NCBI GenBank assembly: GCA_017654855.1
Contig: CM030332.1
Location: 3,782,001 to 3,846,000 of the forward strand
Source: Podospora anserina
Lineage: Eukaryota
Direction of reading: 5' to 3'
Length of the DNA stretch: 64,000 bases
This document shows, piece after piece, positions 47,441 to 60,673 of this stretch. A program made the translations under genes and the position numbers. Below the pieces are notes generated by a model. It was not told the DNA's origin and made no database searches. It was given only the letters and a program-made list of their open reading frames with translations. The first letter of the stretch is position 1, and every line of letters starts with the position of its first letter.

Positions 47441-50400
47441 GGTCAGTGTCGGACCAACCATTGCTCTGTCTCAAAACAAGCCGTCGACTCTGTGGATTGC
47501 AGTGGTTCGTCAACAGGGGTGGTGTGCCGTGTATGCCGGAGAAACCTGCTGGCAGCCCTCGCAGTCAGGGAATACTGCGACTCTGCTGCCTTCGATCTGC
47601 CCCAATCCCCTTCAAAACATGGTCCTTCTTCCAATCTTCCTCAGAGCTGATCAACGGTAACGGGGTGATGACGACGCTATGCGATTTTCGAGTGTCTCTC
47701 GGTCGGACAAAGAGCAGCGACGGCGATGTGTAGATGACGGGAATCCGAGCCTTGGCGGGTCGGGGCGAGCAGCTTGGACGTAACGAGAGACGTAAACGTA
47801 AAGTCGTGGTGCAGGTGCAGGCGATTGTACAACAGCAGAAAGAAGAGAGTGAAAAATAAAATGGAAAAAAATAAAAATCACAGGCTGAGGATCGGCTGCG
47901 AGCGAGTGCGGGCAGGCCCCGGGCGGACAGGCGAGATCAGGGCAGACGCGATTTAATATCGAAGCTGCATTTGAACAAGCCGGGCTCAGCTTGACTCGCG
48001 ACTCCACGACCTCCACGGTCCAGTGGAGATTGTCAGTCGCGCGCTCAACCCGGACGGGAACTTGGCAGCTTGACAGGAGAGTGATGCAAATTGGGACGAG
48101 CAATGGGCCAGTGCGGCCAGCCTGGCGCCCACTATACCGTACTCGGGTGGCAGGCTGTTGACGTCGTCGATCTTGCAAGTTAGGAGAAGTACGTGCAGAT
48201 GCGGCGGGATGGCCCCGGTACACCTCGTACGGGTAGTGTACTGAACCATTGACTTCCATTGTTGGTTGATGCTACCTCACTTCAAGATGTTCTCTCAAAC
48301 AGCAAACTTGATCCAGAAACATTCAGCGGGAACACTGTGCCTGCGCTCGGATGGTTCAAGAAACACTCGAGACGAACAGGCGGTTTGAGTGAAGAAGAAG
48401 ATAAGACGGAGACGAGGCGGCCACACCGAGGCTACGGATACGGGTGTGCTGTTTGCTAACGACGCCCCCGTGGCCCCCCGAAGAGGGGATGTTCCTGGAG
48501 GCTGCACTAAGGAGGCTGGGCGACCGATCCGTTGCAGGAGACCGATGGACCTGAGCTCCAGTCGTTCGCTGAGCGCTCACCATTTCTACAAAGTCAATTC
48601 GAGGTCACCGGTTGTGTTGTTTTATCACCCAATTATTCAGACTCCGGAATCCAGAAGCATCTTTTTTCCCCAGAGCCGAGGCGGGGAACAAGGCTACCAT
48701 GTACGGGCAGGTATGACAGTTTATGCCAAGGCATAAAGACCTCAGCGATGCCGGTCCAGCTGAACGAGTCGAGATGTTTGCTACCCCACCCCGAGCATAA
48801 ACATCAGTCTGACACCACCACGCCTTACCACAATCGACGACCTTTATAATGCGCGGTGAAGAGTCTGTGAGAATTGTGTCGTTGAGGGCTGATAATCACA
48901 AGGTCACATCGATGCCACCGCCGAGAACCCGGCAGCTTTAATTGAGCGATGACGAAAGGCAGGATCGGGGGCCGATCAAACAAAATCCGACAGCATGGGT
49001 CGGAAACAGATATGAACACCACGTCGTAGCCCGAATTGATGATTGATATTCCATCTTCAACCAACATTCAACAGGATTCTCAACCGCCACGTGTGGAATC
49101 AGGGAAAACAAGCTCTTGCTAAAAGCCCAAAAACGGCCTCTAGAAACCCGGTCAAGAAGTTGACGATATAAAAAGCTGAATATCCAGCACGGCAGCTCCC
49201 GCAACCACCGAGAAGCTTCCAAATTCTGAGACCTACATATGTATCACCAAGACTAAGACTCTTTTGTAGGCAAGCAATTAAACGCGCGACGCGTCTGTAA
49301 AGTGCCTTGCACCTCTTTTTTGCTGCAAGAGATGCATCGACGTCACGCACCACCCGCCACCTTTAGGTGTTTGACTGGCAGAGACTGGCTCCCAACCCTA
49401 CATGAAAGTCTCTGGTGGCAGCTCAGCCTAGAAGCACGATGTGCTGGCCGACGGCCACGGTACTGGGTAGCTGAAAGTCATGCACCAGAGGTTACAGCGC
49501 GTCCAGTGTGTGCAGTGCAGAAGCGGTTGTGGTCATCCGTATATCGACCGCATCGCTCGACTTCGGTTTTTGAAACCGCCTTTGCGCCGTGTTCTGGAGA
49601 TTCGGGAGCTGTTGTTGACAATTAGCCATTTTAGTGTGGCCTTGTCGGGTGGAAAAAGGGGGCCAAGAAAGGGGTCTCGCGTCTCCAAAAGTCTCACCAC
49701 AAGACAATTGAACTGCACACTCCCATCCTGAAGGTGTCTTCCTGACACGCTAACCTTTTTACCAAGAGATGTCCAGATGTTGACATCCACATTCGGGTAG
49801 CGCGCTCCTGCATTAACCCTGCACATGCCACGCCGGCGGCAAAAAAAGAGGAGAAGAGAAAAAAAAGGAAAATCTCTTGGGGGTGTGCCCAGAAAAAGAA
49901 GCGAAGAGAAAAGAAACCAACAACACACCGCCGCCCTACCATTCACGATGGACCCTCACGATAGCGCCAAAGCCACAACCAGATCCTCGGGGTCATCTTT
50001 CCGCCCGTCCGCCTGATCATGACAGACCCCCCTAGCTCGATTATCGATACGATTACCGAAAAATGTTACCTTGACATCTGGTCACCCATCACGGGCAAGT
50101 GAAAAAGAACTTGAGGCATAACGTCCTCATCTCGCTGGACACCGCATGAGCTGTAAGCGTAGAGTCCACGCCATCCTCAAAAAACTCCTCATGCAGGTTT
50201 CGGCTTGGGACTGCATCTCGTATACCCGACAACTTACCGCTCCTTTCATATTGTGTTCCCGGGCCGTGCGTTCGGGCAACCAGCCCATCTTTCGTGGGGG
50301 GGGAGGTGGTAGGTAGGTAGGTAGGTAGACCTATGTGCGCCCACATACCTACCTACCTAGCTAATGTGAACACTCCAGGTGAGACAACCTGAAGCCAAAA

Positions 50401-51374
50401 GAAAAGAAAAAAAAGCCATCATCATCAACATGAGACTGAAGATACGCGCGGCCGATCATCACAATAAACAATAAAACCGGTAACGTCCAACGGAAACTCG
50501 GAAGAAAACTTCACGAAAAGCAGCCATGTCTCAGGGTTTATTTTTCCTGGCTGAGGTAACGGACTCCAACGATGAGGCGTCGTTTCACTTTGATATTACT
50601 CTCAGTCACTTTCCGTCGGGTCGTTCTTCACAAGGCTGTGTTAGACATTTCTCTTCAACTTTGTGTAGCAGGGAATTTCTCCGAGGTCTGGAGGAGGTAC
50701 GGAGACACTTCACACCTCGCCTAAACCTGAAAAAAACGAATGGCTATGCCCTCATCCCGTTGTAGACAACTGCCCCTAACCGTCGACCAAGGGTGGTTTA
50801 TCGGTCGTGCCGTTGTTGAGTGAGATAAAAACGGGGGGCAACTGACTTTGTTAGAAGTAAGTACCCGGTTCTCGCCACTGCCAGGAGGCTAGAAAGCCGT
50901 TGGGGAACAGCGGGCTACTATCAACGGACGAAAACGCTTTGACAGCCATGACATTAGAAGAGCGCCAGAAGAAGACGGTGCCGGGAGCTAAAGTGGTAGT
51001 GGCACTCCGTGAAATAATTTTGATGGGTCGACAAGTTCGTCTGATAATGTAAAGGGAGTTACTTTATGCCGTGGTTTGGAGCAGCAAAAAGACGCGGGTG
51101 ACAGCGACATGCATGAAGGCTTCATGTGTGACATACAGAACATAATCATCTGTCTGAGAACATCCCTTCTTACACCGCGCTATGAAGAGATAAGAAACGT
51201 GGATAACGCAACTCAAAAGTCTCAAGAACTTGCATTGATGTAAAAGAAAAAAAGAGAGAAGAAAAGAACTTTCCAAATTCTATACAAACAAACACCACCT
51301 CTATCAAAGTAAAACGCCCATCCATCTCTGCCCAACCCTCTCACAACCCACAACCCCCAAGTCCGTCCAGTTTC

Positions 51375-54300
51375 TCAACCAAAAACATCACTAACATACC
51401 TCTCCTCCTTCATCTTCCCAAGCCACTCCTCCGCCCCCTCCCTCCCCCTATCAGGAAACTCATCCTCATAAATCCTCAAACAAACCTCCGCCGTGCTCCT
51501 CCCCAACCTCCCCGCGCTCCCACACACAAGTATCTTGGCCCCCTGCTTAATCAACCCCTTCAACTCCTCCCTATCCTCCCAAATCAGCTCATCCACATGC
51601 CCCGTCCTCCCTCCCTCGCCCGCCCTCCTCGAAAAGGCCGCCCGTACTCTAACAACCCCCTCCTTCTCCCATTGACCCAACTCCTCTTTGTATAGGTAAT
51701 CCTCCTCAAAATCCCTACACCCATAGTACAGCATAGCAGGACCAAGACCTGACTTGTGATACCCCCCCCTAGCACCCGCAACAGCAGCCCGTTCCTGCAG
51801 AAAAGCCCTCATCGGCGCAACCCCCGTCCCAGCAGCAACCATCACCACCGGCGTAGCCGGGTCACTCGGCAGCCGAAACGGCGCATTCGTCTTTCTCACA
51901 AAACACCGCAGTCTCGAGCCGGGCTGTAACGAGGCGAGGTAGGAAGAACTGACGCCGTTGAAGGACTTCGTCTCAGGATGCGACATCAAAGGGGAGTTGT
52001 ACACATCATACGTCAACGTAGCCGTCAAGCTCGCCTTCTCCAGATCAACCCCCTCCTCGCTCGACCACCCAGACCCCTGATCAGGCAGCGGTTTCTGCGC
52101 GAGCGGGGAACTGGAAATGCTATACTGCCTAGGAGACAGCGGACTCAGCATGTCAAGATACGAAGCAAAGCTCAGCTTGCAAGAGGGAAAATCCTCCAGC
52201 AGGTCCAAGACAGAAAACCTCTTTGCCAGGACAGAGGTAGGGTACTCCTCATCCGAGGCCAAAACACGAAGTTTATCTGCCTCCAGACCGGACGAGAGAG
52301 AAGCCAAGTGAGCCACCTGGCGCTGGGAAGCAGGGTTGGCGAGTTCGACTCTTGTGCCGATGAGTTCAAACACCGAAATTGGCCCCCCAGACTCAGACTT
52401 GAGGTGTTCTTTGGTGGTCCCCGAGACGGTGATGAGATCGTCGGGGTGGAGGCCGAAGCGGCTGAGCACGCGGCGGATCGAGTCCCGGGGGTTAAAGGGT
52501 TGGATGGCCAAGTAATCCCCGCTGCGGTATTGCACACCAGGAGGGAGCAGAATGTCGATTTGGCGTTTTTCCGGACCGAGGCCTTTCTTGGCGAGGACTT
52601 TGTTGACCAAGACGAGACCTTGAGATAACTGCTCGCCTGCTAGCTTGGACGGCGCGGTCGGTTGGGTGATTTCCACTCGGAGCTCCTCCGTCTTGACGGC
52701 TGCCGTCACACCGACTGCTTCGCGGAGGGCGGGGAAGAGGGTCAGTTTCCACTCTTCAAGGGGACCGACAATATCCTGGCTGACGTCGACAAAACCGGTA
52801 GCGACGAGACGTGCGGCGCCGAGTTTCTCGAGGAGCTCATCAACCAACTTGGGGATGCGGTGGTAGGTCGAGGCCCAGTCTTTATTGCCAGCGCCAAAGA
52901 CGGCGTACGAGACGCCCTTGAGAAGCTCGCTGTTGCTGGGGTCCTTGGCACGGGTCTCGAGCCAGGCGACAAAGTTGCGGGCGTTGTCGGGGGGGAGGCC
53001 TTCGTAAGAGGAGGTGACGATGACGAGGGGGTGATCCTTTGGCAGGTTTTCCACGGCATCATCCAGGCTCTGAACCTTAGCTGGAACGGACAGACCGTGG
53101 TTCGCCGCGTTGGTCTCGAGATCCTCGGCAAAAGACTTGCAAGTTCCCGAGTTGCCACCATAAAAGACGGAAAACGGCTTCAAGTTGGAGTTGGCAGAAG
53201 CTCCGTTGGCTGTCTTGCTAGAAGGTGCTGGGGCAGGAGCGGCACCAGCGCTGAAGTTGAAGAGGTGGTCCTTTCCAGGGCGTCTGCGAGCCTTGATGTA
53301 GAACTCATCAGGCTTGATGGTAAGTGTAGACTTGATCTCTGGGATGTGTGTCAGCAACATTTTTCAAGTGCAAAAAGGTGACGACAACGTACTGAGCTCA
53401 TAATCAGGATCAGCCATCTCAATCACGAACCGCTGCAACACCATAGCCATGGTGATAAGAACCTCCTGCTCAGCCAAATACCGACCAATACACGAGCGAA
53501 CACCAGTCCCGAAAGGCTTCCAAGAGTTGGGTGGCAGCCTTTCCCAACCACCATTGAGGAACCTTTCTGGCCTGAACTCGGCAGCGTCAGAGCCCCAAAC
53601 AGCAGGGTCGTTGTGAAGACCCTTGAGATTGAACACCAGACTCTCGTTGGGAGTGATCTTGTACTTGCCGCCAATGATGGTGGTCTCCTTCGCCTGTCTC
53701 ATGAAAGCCGGAATAGGACCACAGAAACGAAGAGCCTCCTTCATGGCAGCATCAATGTACTTGAGTTTGGGAATGTCCTCCAACTGCAGCTCCCTGTCTC
53801 CGAGCACAGCATCGACCTCGGCATAGCACTTCTGCAGGGCCTCGGGATGCTTGAGAAGGTTGTAGAACAAAAACATCATGGTACCAGCCGAAGTGTCGTG
53901 TCCTGCTACCAGGAAGGTAGCCATCTGGTATCGGATATTCTCATCGGTGAACCCCTTTCCAGTGACAGGGTCTTTGGCGTTGAGCATGACATTGAGAGTG
54001 TCGTCGATATCGGGGCGGGGATTGGCCTTGCGCTCTGCGACAATATCGTCGCAGACCTTCCACATGGAATGAATATTCTCCATCATCTGCCTCTTGCTGA
54101 GGAAGGCCAGAGTGTTCTGGATCTCGGGACGACTGGTCCGCTTGCCAGTCTCGATGAGAACATCACCCAGCTGCTTGGCGAACGGGATTAGCTCCTCGGA
54201 GTAGAAGGCATTGAAGCGGTAGTTGAAGGCACAGAGACCGATAACGTCAAAGGCCAGACGAGTGAAATCGTCATGGGTTGAGATGCGGTAGTCTGGGCCG

Positions 54301-54864
54301 AAGCGATCCCAGCGGAGGATCATCTGAGAGAGGATATCCGTCATCTTGGGGAACATGGTGCGGACATGTAGCGGGCCAAAGGCCGGTAGAAGAGTTCTGT
54401 GGGCGATTCCCCATTCCTGCCAAAAGGGTTAGCTAATGTTGACACGATCTCTGAAGTTGAAAATGGCTGACTTCTTCCTCGTTGTATGATGTGAATAGAC
54501 CGTTTTTGACAAACACCCTGATGGCCTCCTGGGCACCGGCAACTTTCTTCTCGAATCGCTTCTCGTCGCACACCTCGTTTATCAGAGCATGGCTGGACAG
54601 GACGACAATCTTTCTCTTGACGAGGTTGAGTGTGAAGATGGGACCGTAGACATCAGCAAGTCTCCATAGGGATCCCATAGAGAACTCGGGGTTGATCTCT
54701 CCCAGGTTGCCGGTAAGCCATCTCTCGGGTGGTTGAGGGATTGGCTCTCCTTCTCCGATCTCTTCCAGCGCAGGTGTTGCTGGCTTGGGTGTTGACTCTG
54801 AACGTGCTGAATGTGATGAACCCGGTGGCTTGGCAGCCCCTTCAACGTGGAAGGGACAAGACAT
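51375..54864 (-). CDS. cyp505: Self-sufficient cytochrome P450 / NADPH-P450 reductase fusion (CYP505, P450foxy/BM3-like), ~1126 aa; exons 54864-54472, 54416-53393, 53338-51375
   Basis: P450 motifs GLFTS...EWGIAHR, AGHDTS, KEALR, FRPERF, PFGTGVRSCIG; flavodoxin YGGNSGTCK and TSSYEG.PPDNA; FNR motifs RQYSISSS, AGTGVAPMRAF, YYGCR, terminal RYVSDVFG; two canonical introns. Confidence 0.97.
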
Positions 54865-56386
54865 GGTGAGTGTTGTGATCAGTCGATCCAATGTTGAGAG
54901 GCAAGGTAGGTATGTTGAAGTCGAATGTGGTCAAAGCTTCAGATGACGACACTTGCGTAATGATATCAAATTACCACCCAGCATCAGAACTCTGAAGAGG
55001 GGGCATTAACTGTATATAAATACCCCTAATCCATCTGAATCCTTCGCCTTTGTCCAGTACCATCTTGATACGAAGCTCTTGGGCCGAGGCCAAATCCGGA
55101 GGTCGCCATGAAGTCGCACCGATTGGTCATTACTTAAGTAACATTGCTGGCATGCTGCCGCACTGGTGAAGATACAGAGTACAAGGCATGACGCCTGGGC
55201 AGCCAGGGTCGGTGTGGAGTTGTGGAACTTCTCACCCGTCACAGATCAGGAAGGGTGGAAGGCTGTGAGTGGAAGCATGAGGTGGGTGGTGGGCTGAGTA
55301 AGGGGCTGTCTCATCCCTTTAATTGAACCCGTCGTCACTGCTGCAACGCCAGCGAAACCGACAGGCCGAACGCCAGCGGGATTCACGTGCAACCATCCGT
55401 CGTCGGGATGGAACCGAGGAGGAAGGCGAGCGGTGCTCGTAATAAGGGCAAACAAGTTGTGAGAATGCCTCCAGTTTGCTGTCACTCTTGCTTCATGAGG
55501 TTGCGTTGGCAGTTGATCTGGGGTGGAGAGTGGCTCCGCTCTTGGTGCCGTTCAACCGTCCGTTTCTCTCTTGACGGCTATCAACTGAACTCGTCACCCT
55601 TTCTAGAACTTCGACTTCATCAGATCTCCATCCAGCTTTTTTTCGATTGTGCCATGGAACACTAGAGTTCGATACGACCGCGCCAGCGATTGCCCCCGTC
55701 GCACAGCGGCAGATACCGGCAGATCAACAGAACCGCAACGGTCAGCCAAGCCCAGGAGACGGAGCTCGATTTCTTTCCGGATCCCGAACGCCGTTTGCTC
55801 ACACACTCACGCCTCGGCATTTGCGAGCGGTCATATCGGCGATGAGATCACAAAGACCATGCCCTATGCCTCTTTCTTATTATTGACGCTGCGTTCCGTG
55901 TTCTGTTCAAATCTTCGAAAAACACGAAACATTCCAGTCAAATCACTCTCTTCAGACCCTGAACACACTGCCAAGTCCCCGAGCTGTCCAGAAACGGCAA
56001 CGGTACGGTCTGTCATCGGAATGTCACTACCCTCGTCTGATTGGTTGCGCAAAAGACAGAGAGAATGTCACTGCCTCAAAATGATTGGTTCAATGGCTTC
56101 GGCAGTTGTGCGTTAAGGCTGAGAACCTTGATAAACTCGATGTCAAATGGCAGCCAAGAAGAGACCATTGATATTCAGACTTTTTTTTCTTCTTTTTTTT
56201 TTGGGACTTGGGAAACTTCTTCTTGAGTCTCTTGTCATCAAGAGAAAAAAACACCAATTGTTGTGAAAACACCACTCAGTTGTTCAGCTTCTTTTGCATC
56301 TCCGCCACAACAATCGTCCTTCTGTTATCTCTCCACCGGCACTTACACCTCTCATCTCAACTCCGCTCAGGAGAAAGTAAACAACA

Positions 56387-57621
56387 ATGCCCACCACAAA
56401 CCCTAACCCAGCTCCCTATCAACCCCCCGACATCACCGAAAAGCCCACCACCACCACCACCACCATCATCAGCAATGACCCCGAGAAGCAAACCCTTCCT
56501 CCCCCCCTCCCACCATGCGCCGAACCAAAATCCACTTTCCAAGCCCTATCCTTCCTCGACCGCTTCCTAGCCCTCTGGATCTTCCTCGCCATGCTCATCG
56601 GCGTCCTCCTCGGTAACTTTGTCCCCAACACCGGCCCCGCCCTCCATCGCGGCACCTTTTTCGACGTTTCCGTCCCAATAGCAGTTGGACTCCTGGTAAT
56701 GATGTACCCCATCCTCTGCAAAGTCAAGTACGAGTCCCTGCACAAAGTCTTTCAAGAAAGACAAGTCTGGGTGCAACTTGCCTTCAGCATTGTGGTGAAC
56801 TGGGTGGTAGCACCGCTGTTCATGCTCGCCTTGTCGTGGGCGTTCTTGCCGGATGAGGAAGGGTTAAGGCAGGGGTTGATTCTGGTTGGTGTGGCGAGGT
56901 GTATTGCTATGGTTTTGATCTGGAATAATCTTGTAATTATCCCCTCCCGTCTGAGATCCCACACAGTGATGCTGACGATAAACAGGCCAACGGCAGCAAC
57001 GACTACTGCGCCATCCTCGTGGCGGTCAACTCCCTCCTTCAAATCGTCCTTTTTGCACCGCTGTCGTTGTTGTTCATACGAGTCTTTGACCCCAACAGCA
57101 CCACCGCCATCAGCATCTCCTACTCCACCGTCGCGACCTCTGTCGGCATCTTCCTCGGCATCCCCCTCGCTGCCGCGATCATGACCCGCTTTGCCCTCCT
57201 CTTTCTCACCTCCCCGGACTTTTACAACAAGAAGTTTATTCCAGTCATCTCCCCCCTCTCCCTCATCGGCTTGTTGTACACCATCCTCGTGCTCTTCGCG
57301 TCTCAGGGAAAGCAGGTGGTCCACCAGATTGTCTCCGTCGTGAGGGTGTCCGCGCCGTTGATTGTTTATTTCACCGTTATCTTCTTTGCTACCTTGTTCG
57401 CGTGCAGGAGGTTGGGGTATAGATACGAGTTTGGTGTTACCCAGAGTTTTACCGCGGCGAGCAACAACTTTGAGCTGGCGATTGCCGTTGCGGTGGCGGC
57501 GTTTGGGGCGGAGAGTGATCAGGCTCTTGCGGCGACGGTTGGGCCGTTGATTGAGGTGCCGGTTTTGTTGGGGTTGGTTTATGGGGTTAGGTGGGTGGTT
57601 AAGAGACGGGGGTGGGAGTGA
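56387..57621 (+). CDS. acr3: Arsenite/antimonite efflux transporter Acr3 (~393 aa); intron 56933-56985
   Basis: LSFLDRFLALWI, GLLVMMYPILCKV, NWVVAP, GVARCIAMVLIWN, AVNSLLQI, SNNFELAIAVAV, GPLIEVPVLL. Confidence 0.96.
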
Positions 57622-58791
57622 TCATCTGTGGTGGTGGATGGTCTGGAGAAGTGAGAGGTTCGGTTGGTGTTGTTGTTGTTGTTGTTGTTTGATGGAGTAA
57701 TATTTGTGAGAAGAAGAGATGTATAAAGGTTATAACCAAGAGATAGATACCGTAATCAACAGGGCAAGAGAATGATGATGTCAAGTCGCAAAAAACTTGT
57801 TGAAATTATCTTGACTGAGTGACGTTCAGGCTGGCCGAATGACTGTGCGAGGTACCGACGACGATCATAACATGAATATCCCAGTCATGAAAACAACGGG
57901 ATCACAGGATTTACCCCTAGCTAGAATAAAACCCCATAAAACCCCATCTACTACTACTTTAACATCTCTCCCTCCTAACCGCACTGCTACCCATCATCTC
58001 CACCGACTACTGCATTGCTCCTTCCCTACAGGTGACGGGAACGACCACCCACCACGTTGCTTCTTCCCTACAAGTGCACCATGATTTATGTATTAGGTCC
58101 CTTTTACTCCTTCCAACAGCAGCTCCAACATCTTACCAGGGCGCCCTTGTGGTATGTCTTTGTAGAATCGACTTACTAACCAGCCTTTCCACCCCCTTCC
58201 CAACAACAAGAGCAACTTGCCTGGTAGTCAATAGTATGACAATCCAACCACAGCAGGAGAGCTATAGCGAATATGATCAAAGCTGTTGTGTCTAGAATGT
58301 TATGAGCTCGAATCTCACCACAGCAGTTCTCATTGTTTGCACCCAGGGGGTTGTTGTTTTTTCGCCAACTTTTGCTAACCAAGGCCTGCGAAAACCACAA
58401 GTTTCGGTCACAAACAAAACAATCAAATCAAGTCAACTAAGAATAAGTATTCCCATTCAGCTAAAAACCAGAAGCCATCGTCAAGAGCAACCATCATCTT
58501 TCAAGGTCAACAGCCGCCTCAACCTGATAACTTCCATCCGCTATCCCTCCACCATCATGCCAACTCCTCAAAAAAAGAGCAGCTAAAAAAAGGTGAGCAG
58601 TCATTGTTACCCAACAAGCCCAAAAAAGAAGATTAAGTTTCATAAGCCATTACATGATCCCCCCCCCTCTCCACCCAAAAAAAAAAGACATTAATCTTCA
58701 GTACTAATCCCTCACACGTTTTCGCACACTTCCTCAAATTTTGGTCATTAAAATCTTCCCAGGGAGTCCATCTGAGGGTTTCCCGTCATCA

Positions 58792-59923
58792 TCAAAACTG
58801 CACCGGAATGATGCTGTTCAAACCAGGGAGGACACTTCCGACAGTGCCGAGGATGCTCTGGAGCAGACCGCTGATGGGGCTGTTGAAGATGAGACCGCCG
58901 ACGGTCCCGCCGATCCCGGTGCCGCCAATCACCTCGTTGAGGAGACCGCCGCCACCAATGAACCCGCCGAGACCGCCGCCGCCGACCGGGCCACTAGACA
59001 GAAGACTGGTGAGGAGGTCAGTGACCAGCTTCAGGATGCCAGAGACGATTCCAATGGGGCCGCCGGGCCCACCACCGAGGACTCCGGTGGTGGCTTGACC
59101 GACGAAGGGGAGACCATTCAAACCGGAAACACCGGGGAGGACGAGACGAGAAACACCGACCTTGAGATCCGCGTCGAGCTGCTCGAGGGGGGCGCGGACG
59201 GCCTCGGCCTTCTCCTCGGGCGTCTTGTCGGCAGCCTCAGCCATGGCGTGCTCTGGAAGAATCGGGAGGTTAGTCATGTTGCAGACAGTACAAAGAGAAA
59301 GAAGGGAGCTGCTTACTGATCTTCTCGAGGTTGTCCTGGAAGTCGGTCAACAGTTGGGTGAGAGCCTCCTGGTTGATCTGGCTGTTGAGGGCAGCGTAGT
59401 AGTTGGCCACGCTCTGGGCATAGGCGGCGCTGCGCTTTTGGATGGCAGCGGCGGCGTCCTGGGAAGTAGCCTGGACAGTGGGGAAAGAAGCCCCAGCGGG
59501 AGCGGGGGTGGAAGAGAGAGGGAGGGGGAGGGGGAGAGCGGCACCGCCGCCACCACCACCGACGAGACCGCCGACGATGGGGACACCGCCGGCACCACCA
59601 CCGCCGCCGCCGAGGCCGCCGAGAAGACCGCCAACAAGGGGAAGACCCTGGAGGAGGGGTCTGAGAATGGGGAGACCACCGAGGAGAGGACCAAGGATGG
59701 GAAGACCACCACCGCCGCCACCGCCGGTAAGACCACCGAGAAGGCCGCTAAGGAGGGGTCCGAGGATCGGGATGCCGTCAAGGAGCTGGGCCTCGAGGGC
59801 GGCCTTGATCTGAGCCAACTGCTGAGCCTGCTGCATCTGCTGGGCCTGCTGGGCCTGCTCCTCTGGAACAGGGACAGCGATGGCAGTGCCAGCGAGGACG
59901 AGGAGAGGGAGAGTGGCCTTCAT
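58792..59923 (-). CDS. Secreted Gly/Leu-rich repeat protein (~355 aa), function unknown; intron 59316-59253
   Basis: Signal peptide MKATLPLLVLAGTAIA-VP; repeated (G)LPILGPLL/GLPLVGGLL units separated by poly-Gly; intron GTAAGC...CTAAC...CAG joins ORFs 59270-60121 and 58792-59277 in frame; strong C-ending codon bias. Confidence 0.85.
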
Positions 59924-60673
59924 GATGAAAGATGAAGTTGCTTCTGTGTGGTCGCGGTCTGAAAGAGACGGCCTGGAGTTGGAAGTGAGTGGTGTGTTTG
60001 TGTGTGAAGGGCCGGATGGTGAGGAACAAAAGAGGTTTCGGGATCGTTCAGGTCCTGCCGTACTTATACAAAAATCGAGAGTGGTTCTCGGTCCGCAGAA
60101 ACCACCTCCATCATTGCACAATCTGCTGTGATCGGTCCAACTCTCGGCGCGGTCTAGAGTGAGATGGTATGCTCGTTGTTGAAGATGTGCTGCAGGAACG
60201 CGGGAATCAGGGGCTGTCTCAAACTTCCTTGGTCAAAAAGGGGGGCCTGGAATGCTGACGGGATCGTGACCCCAGAGTCAACACAACAAAAAGTAGGGTC
60301 ATACCGTGCCCAACCTTCTTCGCGGCACTCTCCGCGGATATCTGAAGAAAATATCATCAACTGTTGAAACCTAAAGCCGTTCAAGGGTTCGGTTTGGGTG
60401 AGATGGGGGGCGGGAACAGTTCCAGGTGACCAGGTTGGAAGAATGCGGGTATTGCGGGATTCGTCCCGTTCCGAGATGATCAGTCGGGTCAAAGATGGCA
60501 AGATCAACTCTGGACCGCCGTGGAAGAGGAAGGTGTGCCTGGTCTGTCGTGCTGTACTTGATCTTGCACCTGTCTCTGTGAGGAGTTGGATTTTCCTCCA
60601 ACAACCAACTCATCCTCGCCCTCACCTCAAGATCACCGCCCACCGGTCTTCAACATACCTCGATCAACGAGCC

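Noticed and set aside
51375-57621. CYP505 + acr3 as a detoxification or secondary-metabolite cluster
   Set aside because: No arsenate reductase, ArsH, methyltransferase, regulator or backbone synthase nearby; adjacency alone is not evidence.
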